Origin: Trichosphaerium sp. ATCC 40318
Lineage: Eukaryota; Protista; Tubulinea
NCBI GenBank assembly: GCA_038496445.1
Contig: JALMLS010000461.1
Coordinates: forward strand, 62,001-126,000
Reading direction: 5' to 3'
DNA length: 64,000 bases
Shown piece after piece: positions 50,709 through 64,000 of the stretch; positions within the stretch are counted from its first letter, which is position 1, and every line of letters starts with the position of its first letter. The notes below the pieces were generated by a model, which had not been told where the DNA came from, ran no database searches, and saw only the letters and a program-made list of their open reading frames with translations. The position numbers and the translations under genes are program-made.

Positions 50709-52498
50709 CTACAAAGCAGATGTCAGCAATCCTTCTAATTCTTCCGTGGATAGTTTAATTGGATTTCCTTTCATCGAACTAGACTTTGAACCCTTTGTAA
50801 TAAGTTCATTAAAATGACTTTTGTTAATCCCATATGTGCTCAAACCAGGAACTTCCATTTTTGAACATACATCATTTATCCACGCAACAGCATCCTACAT
50901 ATATCCTTAAATTTACTCCAGAATGCATACTCTGGCTCATAGAAAACTAAGGCTACTTACAGCTGCTGTAGCATCATCGCGACCAGTGAGAACTCTGCCA
51001 AGTTCGTCATACTTTGCCAGAGCAACGTTTTGTGGTTCTCTCGCCTTAACACTACGTTACTAAAGAAAGATTTAAAACTAAATCAAGACGCGAACCTTGA
51101 GTAACTTTACATTCAGTTCGATCACGTGAGGTAATAGTGCTGCACAAACGCCACCTTTGTTAAAAAAATTAGTATCAGATTTCTTCAGTGTAAAACTGTA
51201 CCATGTGAAGCTTTAGGAAACATGCCGCCTAAAGGACCAGCAAACCCATGAACAGCGCCTAACTTAGCATTGGCTAGAGCTAACCCGCCAAAGAGCGACA
51301 CAATAGCCATGTCCTAGAATGAAGATAAATAATTTTGTAAAAAAAAGTAGCAGTCATACTTCTCTTGCGTCAAGATCATCTCCATTAGTATAGACACGCA
51401 TTAGAGATCGCTTTGCGTATCGCAATGCTACACAGTGGGTTATTGAGCTTAACGTAAAGAAATTACTGTACCTTCACGGCAAATAGCATCTGTTAAAGGA
51501 TTTGCTAAATGTGTAGTAAAAGATTCTACAACTTGTGTAAACGCATCCAATCCTTAAAGGGTGTTCGTTAGATTTTACATATATTTGGAAAGAATTCCGA
51601 ACCTGTATCACGTGTAACAGACTTTGGTGCAGACAATACGAGCTCAGGATCAACAAGAGCAATATCTGGTATCATGGACACAGCACGCAAACTTACCTTC
51701 ACTTGAAAAATGTTAAAAAATACATCGACGCAAAAAATGAACCGCTAGATTACCATGATGTTCGTCCGACCTGAGACGTGGCGTTAGCAATCATAAAACT
51801 TTAGTACAAAGGAATACAAACCTTAGCACTGCGTTTTTCGTAACTTCAGCACCGGGACCAGATGTTGTAGGGATGGCAATGTACCTAAACCATGTCAACG
51901 AATTAACTAATTTTCCGTTTCTCAAGAAAAAAAAACAAACACGTGACAACATACGGTAGTGATTTTTTTGTGACCTTGAGACCTTTACCAATTACTTCCT
52001 ACGCTAGTGTCACATTGTGTAAAGGTGGAGGGACCGAGGATGTACCATGTAATCTAACGGTTCCCCACCATTTGTTACTAGCATTGCTACTGCTTTACCA
52101 AGGTCTACAGGGCTTCCACCTCCCAATCCAATGACAATATCCGCCTTTGAAGCTCTAGCAGAAGCTGTTGCTTCCTTGGCCATGTTTGTTGATGGCTCAC
52201 CAGTAACAGCAAAGGAAGTAATCCAAAAAAGAGTTAGTTAAGAGTTAGGAAAGCGAGAAAAAACTTTTGAGCGGTTACGCGTTAGATTTTACTCTAGTAC
52301 CTTGTAATCGCCTCCTAACATTTTGCATAATTTATCTACGAGGGTTTTACGTTTGCCCGTAAGCACAAAGACGTTTTTGCCATCTGTGAGCTGCTTGATG
52401 TATTGAGGCACGTCATTAAACTTTCCACGCCCAAATATGATCTGTGTAGCTGTTGCGAAACTGTAATTGAAGTACTTAGATGGTTCACGACTGGTCAT
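50709..52498 (-). CDS. Iron-containing alcohol dehydrogenase
   Basis: FATATQIIFGRG, GEPS, IGIGGGSPVDLGKA, IAIPTTSGPGAEVTKNAV, ANAKLGAVHGFAGPLGG and SSSMKGNP. Confidence 0.92.
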
Positions 52499-52635
52499 CT
52501 TACTTTTCTGTTTACTGTCTTTCAGATAAATTCACATTGCGTTTTACGCAGTTTCACAACAAAAAACCGCGTTTTATATTCGTTGACTTGTTTGTCTTCA
52601 ATCGCTCCGTTGTCTACCAAAAGCGCTTTAACATT

Positions 52636-54033
52636 ATGTACAGACGACGTTCAGGAGGTCGATTCGGCCTAATGATGCTCGCAATTCAAGGTTCGCTACT
52701 GCTGACTCATTGATTGTTTAACTCCTCAAAGTCATGCGCGTTGGCGTACAGAATATCCCACCAGTGACTTTAATGATTTTGGTAGCATGCTCAGGTAACT
52801 TTCCTTAAAACAATCCTCCTACTCTTTAAATAGGCTAACACGGCATGCAGGGATATATTTTAATCCTTTAAACTGGGCAATACCTCCGTTAGGCGCAGCA
52901 TGCCTTCACGCAGCTGCTATTTATTACCACAAACAATGTACGCTTGTTTTTAGAGTTACTGATTGTCCGCGTTATTGACTGATTTAAAAACAAGGGTTGC
53001 GTCTTGTCCTTGGCGCTTTTTATCATGCCAATGATATGCATTTGTATTTTAATATGTCTAGTTTGTTGTGGGCACGTGATTAATTTTTTTTCTGTTGACA
53101 TTTTAAGAGATTTCTTACAATGTTTTAGAAAGGACGTTTCCTTGAACAACATTATGGAACAATAAAATTTGGTGTTATGACAGGTGTATTTACGCTATTG
53201 TCGAATACTTTGTATGTCGCTATGGCACTTTCTCTAGCTGGTTTTGGTTATGGCAGGTACTTGGTTTTTGTCCATTTTTTTTTGTTATTTGTAGCGCTAT
53301 GAAACGTTAACTATTTTTATTCCTCTATTACTTTTGTGTGGATTCTTTGAATATACAGCAATACGTGACGCTTATGCCGTCTGACTTTTATCACAACGCT
53401 TTTTTGTTTTCTATGTTTGCAACAGTTCAACATTTAATTACTCCTCAGCTTCCAAAACACGTGCGCTGTTGGTTTTTCAGCAGTGCTTTTTGCATACAAG
53501 GTTGTATTGCAGCACAATACCCCTCATAATTCGAGATTCTTGGGCATAATACCTGCAAGTTTATTCTGTTCTTGATTTTTGTTTAACATTAGTTTAGATT
53601 CCTACCAAATATATTTACTGGGCAGAGTTAGTGTTCATTCAGATGGTTTATCCACAAGCTTCACTTCTTGGACATCTATGTACACTTTTATTATCCTTGT
53701 AACAGTCACTAATGTTTTGTTCAAAGCTGGGATACTGGTCGGTCTACTGTACGCTCAAGGACCACTTGAAACCGTTGTGGATACTTTGAGTTCGTTTATA
53801 ACAATGTACGTTCTTGCTTTCACTAACGCTACCTAACTGTTATACTAAGGCCTCCAGTACCACGTTTGAGAGGGCCTTATGGTGTAAGAGATGAGCATCA
53901 GTACACGTATGCTCGTGGTACTGCTCAGAGAAACAATCAGCCGCAACAACCACAGCAACCAGAATTATCAGCTGAGGAAATGCGAAGACAGCGTTTGGTG
54001 TACCTGACCAATAATCAAAGAGCCTTACGATAG
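52636..54033 (+). CDS. RHBDD1: Rhomboid protease RHBDD1/RHBDL4-like
   Basis: Spliced IPPVTL, FYHANDMHLYFNM, CAVGFSAVLF (catalytic Ser), WAELVFIQ...SLLGHLSGILVG (catalytic His) and a C-terminal EEMRRQRL VCP-binding motif. End approximate. Confidence 0.85.
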
Positions 54034-54126
54034 TCAAACATTACTACCAGTGACGGGAATGCCCTTGTAAATAAAAAAAGAAAACCGTTGACTTTGTACT
54101 CAAAATTTAAAGTTAAAAATACAACA

Positions 54127-55663
54127 ATGGAGGCGAAGGAGTTAAAAACTAATATCTCTCTTGAAAGTAAAAATATCAATGCAGACTTGATAGCATTATG
54201 TAAACAAGTGTTTGATGATTGGAAAGATGTGCCTGAAACAGGATTTAAAATAAATACGTTTAACGAAGGAATTACAAATACTTGTGCGTGTTGTGACTAT
54301 ATAAAGGCGTTTTTGTGCTTATGCAGCCGATTAGTATTTAGACTACGTGTTAGTACTGATGCGAGCGTCAAGGCTGCTCTCGTTCGTGTTTATGGCGTTG
54401 GAACCGAAAAACTCATAGATCGCGATGCTGAAATTAAGGTACGGAACGCTTTGCATGTGTTTATGACTACGAGCTAACCAATTGTAGATTTTAAAGGCAA
54501 TAACCAAAATTGGTACATAAAAGTTCAAGTCTTTGCTTTTCTAACAATACACTGAAAGAATCTGTCGGTTGTCAATTATATGGTTACTTTGATAACGGTT
54601 TGGTTTACGAGTTTATAGAAGGCAGGAGTTTAAAACCAAAAGGTACAACCAGGTTGTTGCATGCCTATAGCATAGACGTCTTTCGCGTACTATCATGAGC
54701 TTTACTCACTGGATTTTTTTATGTAGAGCTGCCTGATTTTATGATTCCAGCCGCTGTTGAGATGGCAAGGTGGCACAAGGTAGTACTTCCAGAGGAGATG
54801 GGTGAAAAGAAGGCTTTAGTGTGGGCTACAATGAATAAATGGCTAAAAGCGCTTCCTGAGAAGTATGATAACCCTGAAAAGGCCAAGAGATTTGCAGAAA
54901 AAATAGATGTGGCTTGGATTAAGGCAGAATTAAAGGTAACGGTTGCTTGATTCAAGACATTAAGTGAATGACAGAGAAGCTGACTTATCGTTGTCTTTTA
55001 GGACATGCAAGATAAGCTATCACATTATCCTGTAGTGTTTTCTCATAATGATACCTTGGCTATGAACCTAATTTTGTTACCAAACGAGAAAGAAATACGG
55101 TATGCTTTTTGTAAACACGTAGTTGACACCTGTCTACTTGACATTCGAAACTGACTTGTACTTTAGTTTTATTGACTATGAATATGCTAGTTATAACTAC
55201 AGAGCATTTGATATGTACGTGCAAAGGTCTAAATACAAATCTAAATCAATGTTTTTAGAGCGAATCATTTTCTGGAATGGGGTGGCTTTGAATCCGACTA
55301 TGAAGCTGTTCCTACTAAATACATGCAATATGACTTCTTTGAAGCGTACTTTAACGAGTTAAATGGTACACTCAAGCACAATATCAACCGTCCATTAAGT
55401 CAACAACTGACTTAACATTAGGAAAAAAACCTTCCGAAGATGAACTCCATGCCTTCTATTGCGAAGTGTCAAAGTTTCAATTGGTACACCATTCGTTTGT
55501 AGTTAACTTATTAATATTATATTAGGTGTCTTTGTTCTTCTGGGGTATATGGTCGCTTGTTCAAGCAGATGAAAGTAAAATAGACTTTGATTATCTAGAA
55601 TATGCTATTACCCGTTTTGAGTATTATAAAACAAGCAAAGAGAGGTTAATGAATGTAAAGTAA
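54127..55663 (+). CDS. Ethanolamine/choline kinase
   Basis: EGITNT, LVRVYGVGTEKLIDRDAE, VVFSHNDTLAMN, FIDYEYASYNYRAFD and FDYLEYA. Confidence 0.92.
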
Positions 55664-55922
55664 ATGAGCATAAAGTATTTAATTTTCATGTGAAATTTGT
55701 TGTTGCAATATCACAAACTAGAAAAAAACAAGAAAGTCAATGTATTAACACAAGGCAGTAAAATTAACGTTGTGGTGACTCTGTAGTAGGTCAAGATAAA
55801 CGTATTCACGTTTAGGCAACTAGGACCCAAAACTCATTAACACTGCCATGTTACAAGTTGACAGAGGTTCTGTTAGCAATGACATGTATTTGTTTATTAT
55901 TTTTTATGTTCATAATTTTTAA

Positions 55923-57880
55923 TCACAAGCTCGATCCATTATTAAGCCAATAATATGTACCGTATCCTATCCAACTAATAGCTACTACAGGACCAAGTTT
56001 TTTACTCAAAAAATGTATCATGATAGCAGGGTAACTGACAGAATCGATCTTGTATCTAGCATAAAATTAATAATGTTGTTGCAAAATGACAAAAAACCAC
56101 TTTTGTTTGTTGTTTACCCCATACGCCATGTACCACCGTTAAACGATGTTTTGGCAAATAATTCAAGAGGGTTACGAAGATGTGTTGAAGGACTAGCTGC
56201 GGATTTAGGGTTACGCAAATCGTGTATCATCAAAGAAGTCATTAAAAGTCGTGTTGTATCCTGTTGGAAAACTTCAAAAGGCTAAACGAAAAAACAACCA
56301 TTAGCACATGCACTGCTTACTCTTTTCAAAAAACCCTAACGTACAGAAAAGTACTGCATTCCATCAAAACTCCATCTAAATTGCCAGCTACTTAAAACAG
56401 ATTTTGTAGCTGTACTTGGAGCAACATTGCTTGATACAGTGTGACCCTAATAAACCGTTGTTAAAACTTTCAACTTAGATGTAATGGCTTCATTTTTGCA
56501 GTTTTTCTTTAATAGATGTACCTCTTTGCGAGCAATCATACAACGCCACATCTGGAGTCTCTTTGCAAGAGCATAATTAGGACCTTGATCATAGACTAGA
56601 GAGTTGACATAACTCAAAGATTCACCGTCAATAGCTCTAATAGGTTTTCTTGCATTTGAAACAATGAATCCTGGGTTAACCATTGATAATGGTGCACATG
56701 CTGCTTTGAGTAGAATATTCTTCATATCAAACTTTGAAAATTGTTTATGGGCGGCAACACGTGCTTCATCTATCGGAAAAAAAAAGGAAAAATTAGCAAG
56801 GCTCCAAGTTTTGAACTTTTTTGAGAACACCACATACCTGGTACGACAAGTACATCCATTGGTGTATTAAGGAATGATAAAGCACTGTCAGGGCGAAGTC
56901 TACAAAGTTCCTAAAGATTCTGTATTAGACTTACAGTCAGAAGGTCAAAATGAAAGAAAAAAGACTGCACTTACCTTTGTAATGACATCGCAAGCGACTG
57001 CTATCCTTACAAATGCCTCACCACCCATATAAACATAATTACCAACAACCAACCTCTTGTTAGGATACAATCCCTTTATCCAATTAAGTATCTCAGGCAC
57101 TTGAAGCAATAAATTGCAACCAGCATGTTTACTCAACTCTTCATCAGAAGAATCTTTTCCAAGTGGCTTGCTCAAAGGAAAAGTCATTGTACCACGTGAC
57201 TTTCTTGCTATCTTTATTAAATGATCCCAAGTAGCCTCACGGTCAATATCAATAGCGATTATATTAGCGCCAAGCCCCAATAATGTCTCAAGAGGTCCCA
57301 TAGCCGAAGTCGCTCCAAAAATGACAAAAAAAAAATCTGATAAATCAAGCCATTCAGGGTGTTCTGAAACCATTAAAATAGCTTCTAAAGCATCCTTTTC
57401 GATCGTTCCTGCATCTGCCCATGTTTTGAGCTGTGCTTTAAGCGCTCTTTGGTGTAAAATCTTCCCTTCGTATGGGATAGCTAATTTACGCCTAGAAGGC
57501 GATTTAGCGAGTCCCTGGCCTTGTATTTTGTATGTATGGAATGTTCCTGGGAGTTTAACCGTCTCTGCCAAAGAATAGGCTTTTCCGTCTCGGATAAACT
57601 CGATATGGTTATAAACCGACTCTAGACCAATGGTAGCAGCGTTCATAGCGGCTTCAGGCGATTTTAGGCTTAGTTGCACGTGCTTCTCAACGAACTCGCG
57701 ATAGTTGTAACGCCAGTTTTTGGTGGCCTTCACACGGTTCGATGTAGCGCCTGAAGGGTCTAGAGAGTCAAGAACAGCGCTCCAAACTTTTTTTTGTACG
57801 AAAGTTGAAGTGCGGTTTCCTTTGGCGTCGGTAATGAACTGTATTCCAGAGAGAGGTCGTTTAGCTTCTTGTTTGGCCAT
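55923..57880 (-). CDS. Uncharacterised Rossmann-like protein with C-terminal hydrophobic segment
   Basis: Long exon with VIFGATSAMGPLETLLGLGANIIAIDID, then QGPNYALAKRLQMWR and SSNVAPSTATKSV. Confidence 0.7.
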
Positions 57881-58529
57881 TTGGTGATGGTTTCTGAGGA
57901 AAAGTGAGAAATGGAGTAAGAAACTCACAAAAGCAATAAAAAACAGTGTGAAAATCGCGAGAACGCGTATGAAAAAAGATTGCTAACGGATTTAAACAGC
58001 TGTTCCCAATTTTAATAAGCCGCGCTGTTTATAACTAGCCAGACGCTCAAACCAGCGAATACTAAGAGTACAGCCGTTTAAACGAGTTTGTAAAGTAAAA
58101 ATCCCAAAAACTTGGTACTCAAGTACAAGAGTACTATCAAGCGCTTTAATGTAACATATTGACGTAGTAGAACGGTTTGACACATGTCTTCGCTCGTTTC
58201 GGTAATAACTCTTTTTAAGAAAGCGTACAATTGTTAATATTTATCCAGTAAGTGTCTCTAGTATGTGTTGGAAGCTAATATCAACTCTGCTTCGCTCTGT
58301 TTACGTCAGCACAAGTACACTAAGGCAAGCTTTCTTAACTAATTCGGTATCTATCGTTTTACCATTGTTTTCAAAGTTGTCATCGTTCAGGGCGTACTTA
58401 TTCATCTTACAGTTACAGTAGTGTATAACGACACGTCAGTAGCACGTACATTAGTTCAGAATAGGCAAAAAAGCGCCAGTTTTCTGAATTCTATTCAGTT
58501 TCTAAGACATTGCGTGATTACTCTAATAC

Positions 58530-58850
58530 TACGTTGAGCTAGATAGCTGCGTTATCCGTCTTGACAAAGGATATTTACTTCGATATGAGAATTAGCAAAG
58601 TATCACGTGCTTTACTTCAAGTTATTTTTGATAAGAATGATTCTAAAAAAGGAGAATGGACTGGCAGTACCGGCAGTATCATAAAGCATTACTTTTTCGA
58701 AAACGGAGTTTGTCATGGTGAGCACAAAGAAACAAGTCATAAAGGAACTCTTCTTGTTCATTGGTATTACAAACATGGAATACTTCACGGAGAATATAAG
58801 AGGTACTAAAAAGGTAAGTTGTTGAGACGAAGGGCACAAAAAGACATGAC
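58530..58850 (+). pseudogene. Degenerate MORN-variant repeat gene fragment (virus-like)
   Basis: ENGVCHGEHKE and YKHGILHGEYKRY*, same repeat type as 32753-33403. No proper ATG and a premature stop. Confidence 0.55.
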
Positions 58851-59473
58851 AACAAAAAACAAAAAAAATATACAAAAAGTGCAACGCCTCAACACTTTGT
58901 ATGAGAAGGTACTTGCTGTACAGTTTAACAAAATACAAACTATTGGTGACATTGATGTATCCAATATACCTGATTAATCACATGGAAGTGGTGGGAATAA
59001 AAACGAGTTCAGTAGTTTCATTCTCTATTCAAAAGTCGTACAAAACGAACCAACTACACTAATAAGTGTGCTACAGAATACTACAACACTAAAAAAGCGT
59101 ACTCCAAAACGCCAAAAAACTGCAATTGTGTCAAACTCAAAAAAAAAGATCGGCAACTTTATGCAACCACTAGAATTCTTATGAACCTTGACGCATCTTC
59201 TGTTGTTTAGTCTAGTGTTATATCAAATAAGGAAACAATAAATTGCGTACTACGTTGGTTTAATTATTAGGGAACTCCGAACAAAGTAGCAACAACAATG
59301 ATTCTATTGCCTGTTTTAGAACTTGGTAACAAAATTTTTTCTGTTGTTAGAAAAAACGAATAAACTTTTCATAAGTCAACCTTCGTCACGTGTCATTTCG
59401 TTAAAAAAACGAAGTAGTACATAGCCGCTTACCATTATACGCCACCTAAACTACCTATAACTTCAAGCCTATC

Positions 59474-62070
59474 ATGCCTGTGAGAGATTCGTTGTTGTGC
59501 TCTTTTTGGCCGACTTTTATAACTGTATTTATTTGCTCGGTAAACACCATTACAAGTGAGTCAAGCTTGCTCGATACTATTCCATAAGTTAATATAAACT
59601 AGTAACTACTTCAACCGCACATCCTTGCGGTGACAGGTTAGAGTGTTACGCAAACACGCAAGGTGCATCAGAGATACTATTGGGTAACTTCCCGCATACA
59701 TTGAACGATAATATACTTGTTGCTAAAGATATCACTATCAGATCAAGTACGTTAGCTGATTTTAGTCACTCTTAACTTTCTCGCTTTAGACGCTACCGAA
59801 CGTGGAGTCATCACGTGTAGCAGGAGCAGGCGTATATCAACCGACAATAGCAACTTGATTATTGAAAGTGTTGAAGTACGTGACTGTCAACTAGAAATCA
59901 GTGGCAACAACGTAACAATTAGGTAACGAAATAACAATTCAACTTTTGAAAAACATTTGTTTATGCTAAATTAGATCTTCTGTTTTTAAACAATACAATG
60001 GAAATAGTGGAAGATTTGGCGCTGTTCGTATAAGTGACTGGTATGCTGATTAGCCGCATAAAATTGTGTACTGATTTGTGTTAGTGATACTGTAGTAGTA
60101 GAACACTCTTTGTTCGGTGATAATACACCACATAATGTTCAAAGTGACGATACATATGGAGGAGCTATATTGGTTGAGAATATTCATTCAATCACTATTC
60201 GCCACTGTAACTTTACAGACAATCAAATAGAAAACAACAATAGCCCTAATAGCGACGATGAAAGTTATGGTATGGCTTCCTTTCTAGTACTCAAGCCTTA
60301 ATGTATCGTAGGTGGCGCATTGTATGCTGAGAATATCGAAAGGGTAAACACTTTTTTTACAAGGCAAAGTATTCTTAACATTGATCTAGTTTGCTTTGTC
60401 TCATTCGATTTTTTCAAACAATAAATTGCTATACAATTCAGGCAGCAGTACGCTTTTTCATCCGGTATCGGGGAGTACAACTTACACCTTCCAGATGAGG
60501 TCACTGGTGAAGGAGGTGCTTTGTACATTGGAAGGAGCGTATCAAATGCTATTATTGATGGATGTTTATTTGCAAACAATTCTATTACAGCAACAGTGGG
60601 TGATATAACAGCAGAGGGTTGTAGTGTGTATACGCGTTCTCCTTTAACAATTGAAAATACAATATTCGTTGGCAGTTCATGCGATGAAGTGAAAATGTGT
60701 GTCATCATTTTACTCATTTGCATACCTAACTAAAGTATTCTACAGGAGCAAAGGAGTTGCAATTTTCACAACAGCTGATAGCTTAATACTAAAGTACGTT
60801 CTTAGTTAAATTCAATGGCTATTTTATCACGTGTTCAATTTTATTTGTATATCTAACGCCTTCAAGGAATACTCTAATTGAATCACCAGATGGTACACTG
60901 AAAAGAGTTACAACACGTTGTTTCCTATGCTAACAAATGAACAGAACAACAAGATCCTGACATTGAATGTAGCAATTCTCAAGGAACCTTGTCACTAGAT
61001 AACTCTATAATATGCTCTATGCAAACATCAGTAGTCAGTAAATGCACTGTACCGGGAGGTATACATTTATCAACGTAATTTGAAATGATATTAAGCTGTT
61101 TAGGTGTGGTGATATGTGATACATGTATAGGTGGTGAACAACAGTGCTGCCAAGAATCTTTTCCTATGTTACCATTTGATTATAGCGTATGCGTTGTCCC
61201 TACGATTGCTCCAACACCTCAACCTACCGGCCCACCAACAGTAGCACCGACACAAGTTCCAACAACGGTAGCGCCCACTTCGGCAGTACCAACACCAAGT
61301 ACAAGTATGTTTGTTGTCTATTTCGCTAAAAAGGTTTGTCTAACTTTAATAGTTTTCTGTACTGACACAGATTGTCTCGATTGTGGCGAAAACCTAACAA
61401 GCTGTAATTTCACTGGACACGTGCTTATTGGAGGCGAAATAATTGTATCAGATTCAATCATTATTGATGGTGATTTTATCAATAATGGAGTTACAACTCT
61501 TGTCTTTGGTCAAGACAACTCTCTTGTAGTCACTGGTGCGCGCATAAAATCGTTGAACTCTTTGTGAAGGAGTACAATCATCTAACTTGCGTTTGCTAGG
61601 TTGTGTTTCCATTTCAAACGGAACTTTTAAAGTTGACATTTCTGAAGTTAATCCTGAAGAAAGAGATCGTATCACTATCATTCAATCAAACTGTATAAAC
61701 GGTACAATTGAGACTGTAGGAGGTAATACTTGCTTTGATGCATTACAACAACTTCAAGGAGACTCGTAAGTAACTTTGATGTTGACCTATTGTGGTGCTG
61801 ATAATATCAACAGGTTGCAAATTGTATTCATCCCAAACAACGCTTGCGAGAATAACAATGCTATTGCCATATCAATCGGAGTAATAGCTGGGATACTAAT
61901 CATAGTACGATAATTTAGTTAGGAGTCACATACTGATACCAATGTAGCTTGCCATTGTGTTTGTGATTGTAGCCTTAACAGTGCCCAAATTCCGACAAGT
62001 AATAACGCCATACAGAACATACAAAAAGAAACAAACAAGTACAATGAGAGAAGTAGATGACGACTTGTAA
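59474..62070 (+). CDS. Cell-surface beta-helix (pectin-lyase/POMP-repeat-like) protein with PT-rich stalk and TM helix
   Basis: Signal peptide; GGAI/GGAL and FxxN motifs; PTIAPTPQPTGPPTVAPT stalk; TM IAISIGVIAGILII..LAIVFVIVAL. Confidence 0.75.
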
Positions 62071-62729
62071 AAAAAACCAAAAAAACCGGATGTAATAACG
62101 ATCTTAAATACAATCAAAAATTAAGTCACGTGAGTATTACGTGCTCAAATATTGGTGTCTGTTTATAAGTGGTCGCTAACACTGACAAAGGTTGAGCTCT
62201 TTTGTTTTATAAGCATAGAAATGGCCGTTTTCAGAAAAAAACATAGTTCACTTGCTGAGCCATTTGAAACCTACAATAAGCAATCTCAAAACAACTTTTG
62301 CCTACGTTTCAGTTTTTTGCACAAAAACAAAAATCTTAAAGAGCGGAACTTGTTTTTGTTTCACAAAGGGCTTGCAGAGATTTTACTTTGAAATTAATTA
62401 ATATTGTTATGCTTTCACAAACGGAACAAATTTGTTTTTTTGTACACTGGCTACTTGCGAATACAGCACTGCTTGCAAATATGAAATAATAATTGCGTAT
62501 TACGTTGGGTTAGTATTTCCCAAAGTGAAGATTCTATTGCCTGTTTTGGAACTTGGAACACATATTTTTTCTGTTGTTGGAAAAACTAATGCTAAGTCAA
62601 CGTTCGTCGCACGTGTCATAGTGTAAACAACACATATCAGTGAACTTGCTAACTGTACCGTGTAAGGCCGTCGCCGCATACAATACATACGGCTAAACAG
62701 GTATCAAGCTAAATCTTTTCAAGCCCATC

Positions 62730-64000
62730 ATGCCTGTGGTAAATCCTGTTTGCTAAACACCTTTACAAGTGAGTCAAGCTTGCGATTTCTCGCCCACGTA
62801 TTAATTAATCTACACTAGTAACTACTTCAATAGTACATCGCTGCACTAATAACTTAAACTGCTATGCAGACGAGTCAGGTGTGTCAGAAATATTACTAGG
62901 TAACTTCGACCACACATTTGGCGCTAATATAGCTGTTGATAAAGATATCACTATCAGATCTAGTACGCTACAGCTGATTTAACTTCCATACTTAGTGTTC
63001 TCGTTTTTAGCTAATACTGAACGTGGAGTTGTCAGGTGTAATGGACAAAGCAGTATATCAACAAACGGTAAAAACTTGATTATTGACACCGTTGAAGTAC
63101 GTAGCTGTCAACTACGAATCGATGGGAATGAAAACGTTACAATTAGGTAACAAATCTGTGAAAAGAATCAAGCTCAAAACTTGTGTTAACGCTAGATTAG
63201 CAACTGTGTTTTTAAAGATTACAGCGGAAATCATGGAATATCCGGTGCCGTTCATATAACCAATTGGTACGGCAGAGAAGGCTCATTAAGTTTCTGTCTA
63301 ATTTGTTTTAGTGTCAATGTAGAAGTAGAACACTCTTTGTTTCATAATAATCAACCGCAAAATCTTCGATCCTATACGACTCAAGGGGGAGCTATGTTGG
63401 CTAAGGGCATTAATGGATCGCTCATTATTCGCCACTGTAACTTCACAAACAATGACATAAGAAACAATGATAGCCCTGACACATTCGACAACAGTTATGG
63501 TATGCCTTGCTTTGCTATTCGCTTATCAAGCAAAATAATACTTTTTAGGTGGAGCACTATACGTTGATGACATTCTCCAACAGGTAGACCTTGTTCCGTA
63601 CCACAGAGTGGCTTAACATCTGTATAGTTTGCGTTGTCTGATTCGTTTTTTCGGAACAATAGGTTGCTATACACTTCAGGCAGCAGTACGCTTTTACACC
63701 CTGTATCAAGCATTCAACTTACACTTTTCCAGCTGCAGTTACTGGTGAAGGAGGTGCTTTGTACATTGGTAAAAATGTACACAATGCCACTATTTCTAGA
63801 TCTTTGTTCAAAAACAATGCAATACACGCTTCTGTGCCTGGAGTTACTGCGAAGGGTTGTAGTGTATATACAGATTCAAGGTTAACCATTGAATACTCTA
63901 TTTTCGATGGTAGTAAATGCGACGGAACAATGAGGTGCACATCATTTTACGTACCAAACTAACCAAATTATAGCTGCAATTTACACATCTGACAACTTAA
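62730..64000 (+). pseudogene. Tandem paralog of the beta-helix surface gene with frameshifted signal-peptide exon (runs off window)
   Basis: Same exon layout and upstream homology (62480-62620 vs 59230-59400). Exon 1 has a deletion giving MPVVNPVC*. Confidence 0.55.

Noticed and set aside
53579-53836. 85-aa ORF as a standalone membrane protein
   Set aside because: It spans rhomboid exons and introns; the first part is in the wrong frame.
1-64000. Most 60-130 aa ORF-track entries as independent genes
   Set aside because: They are exon fragments running into introns, or antisense frames of the multi-exon genes listed.

Overview
AT-rich, gene-dense eukaryotic DNA with many very short GT..AG introns (about 30-60 nt, often starting GTAC). 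Most ORF-track entries are therefore exon fragments or shadow ORFs. Gene content (AprA/PqaA homolog, deiodinase selenoprotein, giant-virus-style F-box/LRR and MORN genes) suggests an amoeboid protist, probably Amoebozoa (inference). Housekeeping genes: SLX4-like, TBL2-like WD40, calmodulin/myosin light chain, RNase II-like, SLC24 exchanger, PDK/BCKDK, Fe-ADH, RHBDD1 rhomboid, ethanolamine kinase. A ~9.5 kb block (7.5-17 kb) recurs as a scrambled inverted copy (29.3-41.6 kb). Highlights: (1) a circularly permuted tRNA-Ser(GCT)-like domain with a loop-closed acceptor stem inside a larger paired RNA (32.4-32.6 kb), next to a virus-like F-box/MORN gene; (2) two intronless F-box-LRR genes with near-identical flanks but different LRR module arrays, suggesting module shuffling; (3) two diverging copies of a gene resembling the fungal cell-fusion protein Prm1; (4) a UGA-selenocysteine iodothyronine deiodinase missed by the ORF track, whose second copy is truncated and interrupted by a TA-flanked TIR element; (5) roughly 10-fold enrichment of CACGTG. 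All exon structures and family calls were made by eye without database searches, so boundaries of multi-exon genes are approximate.
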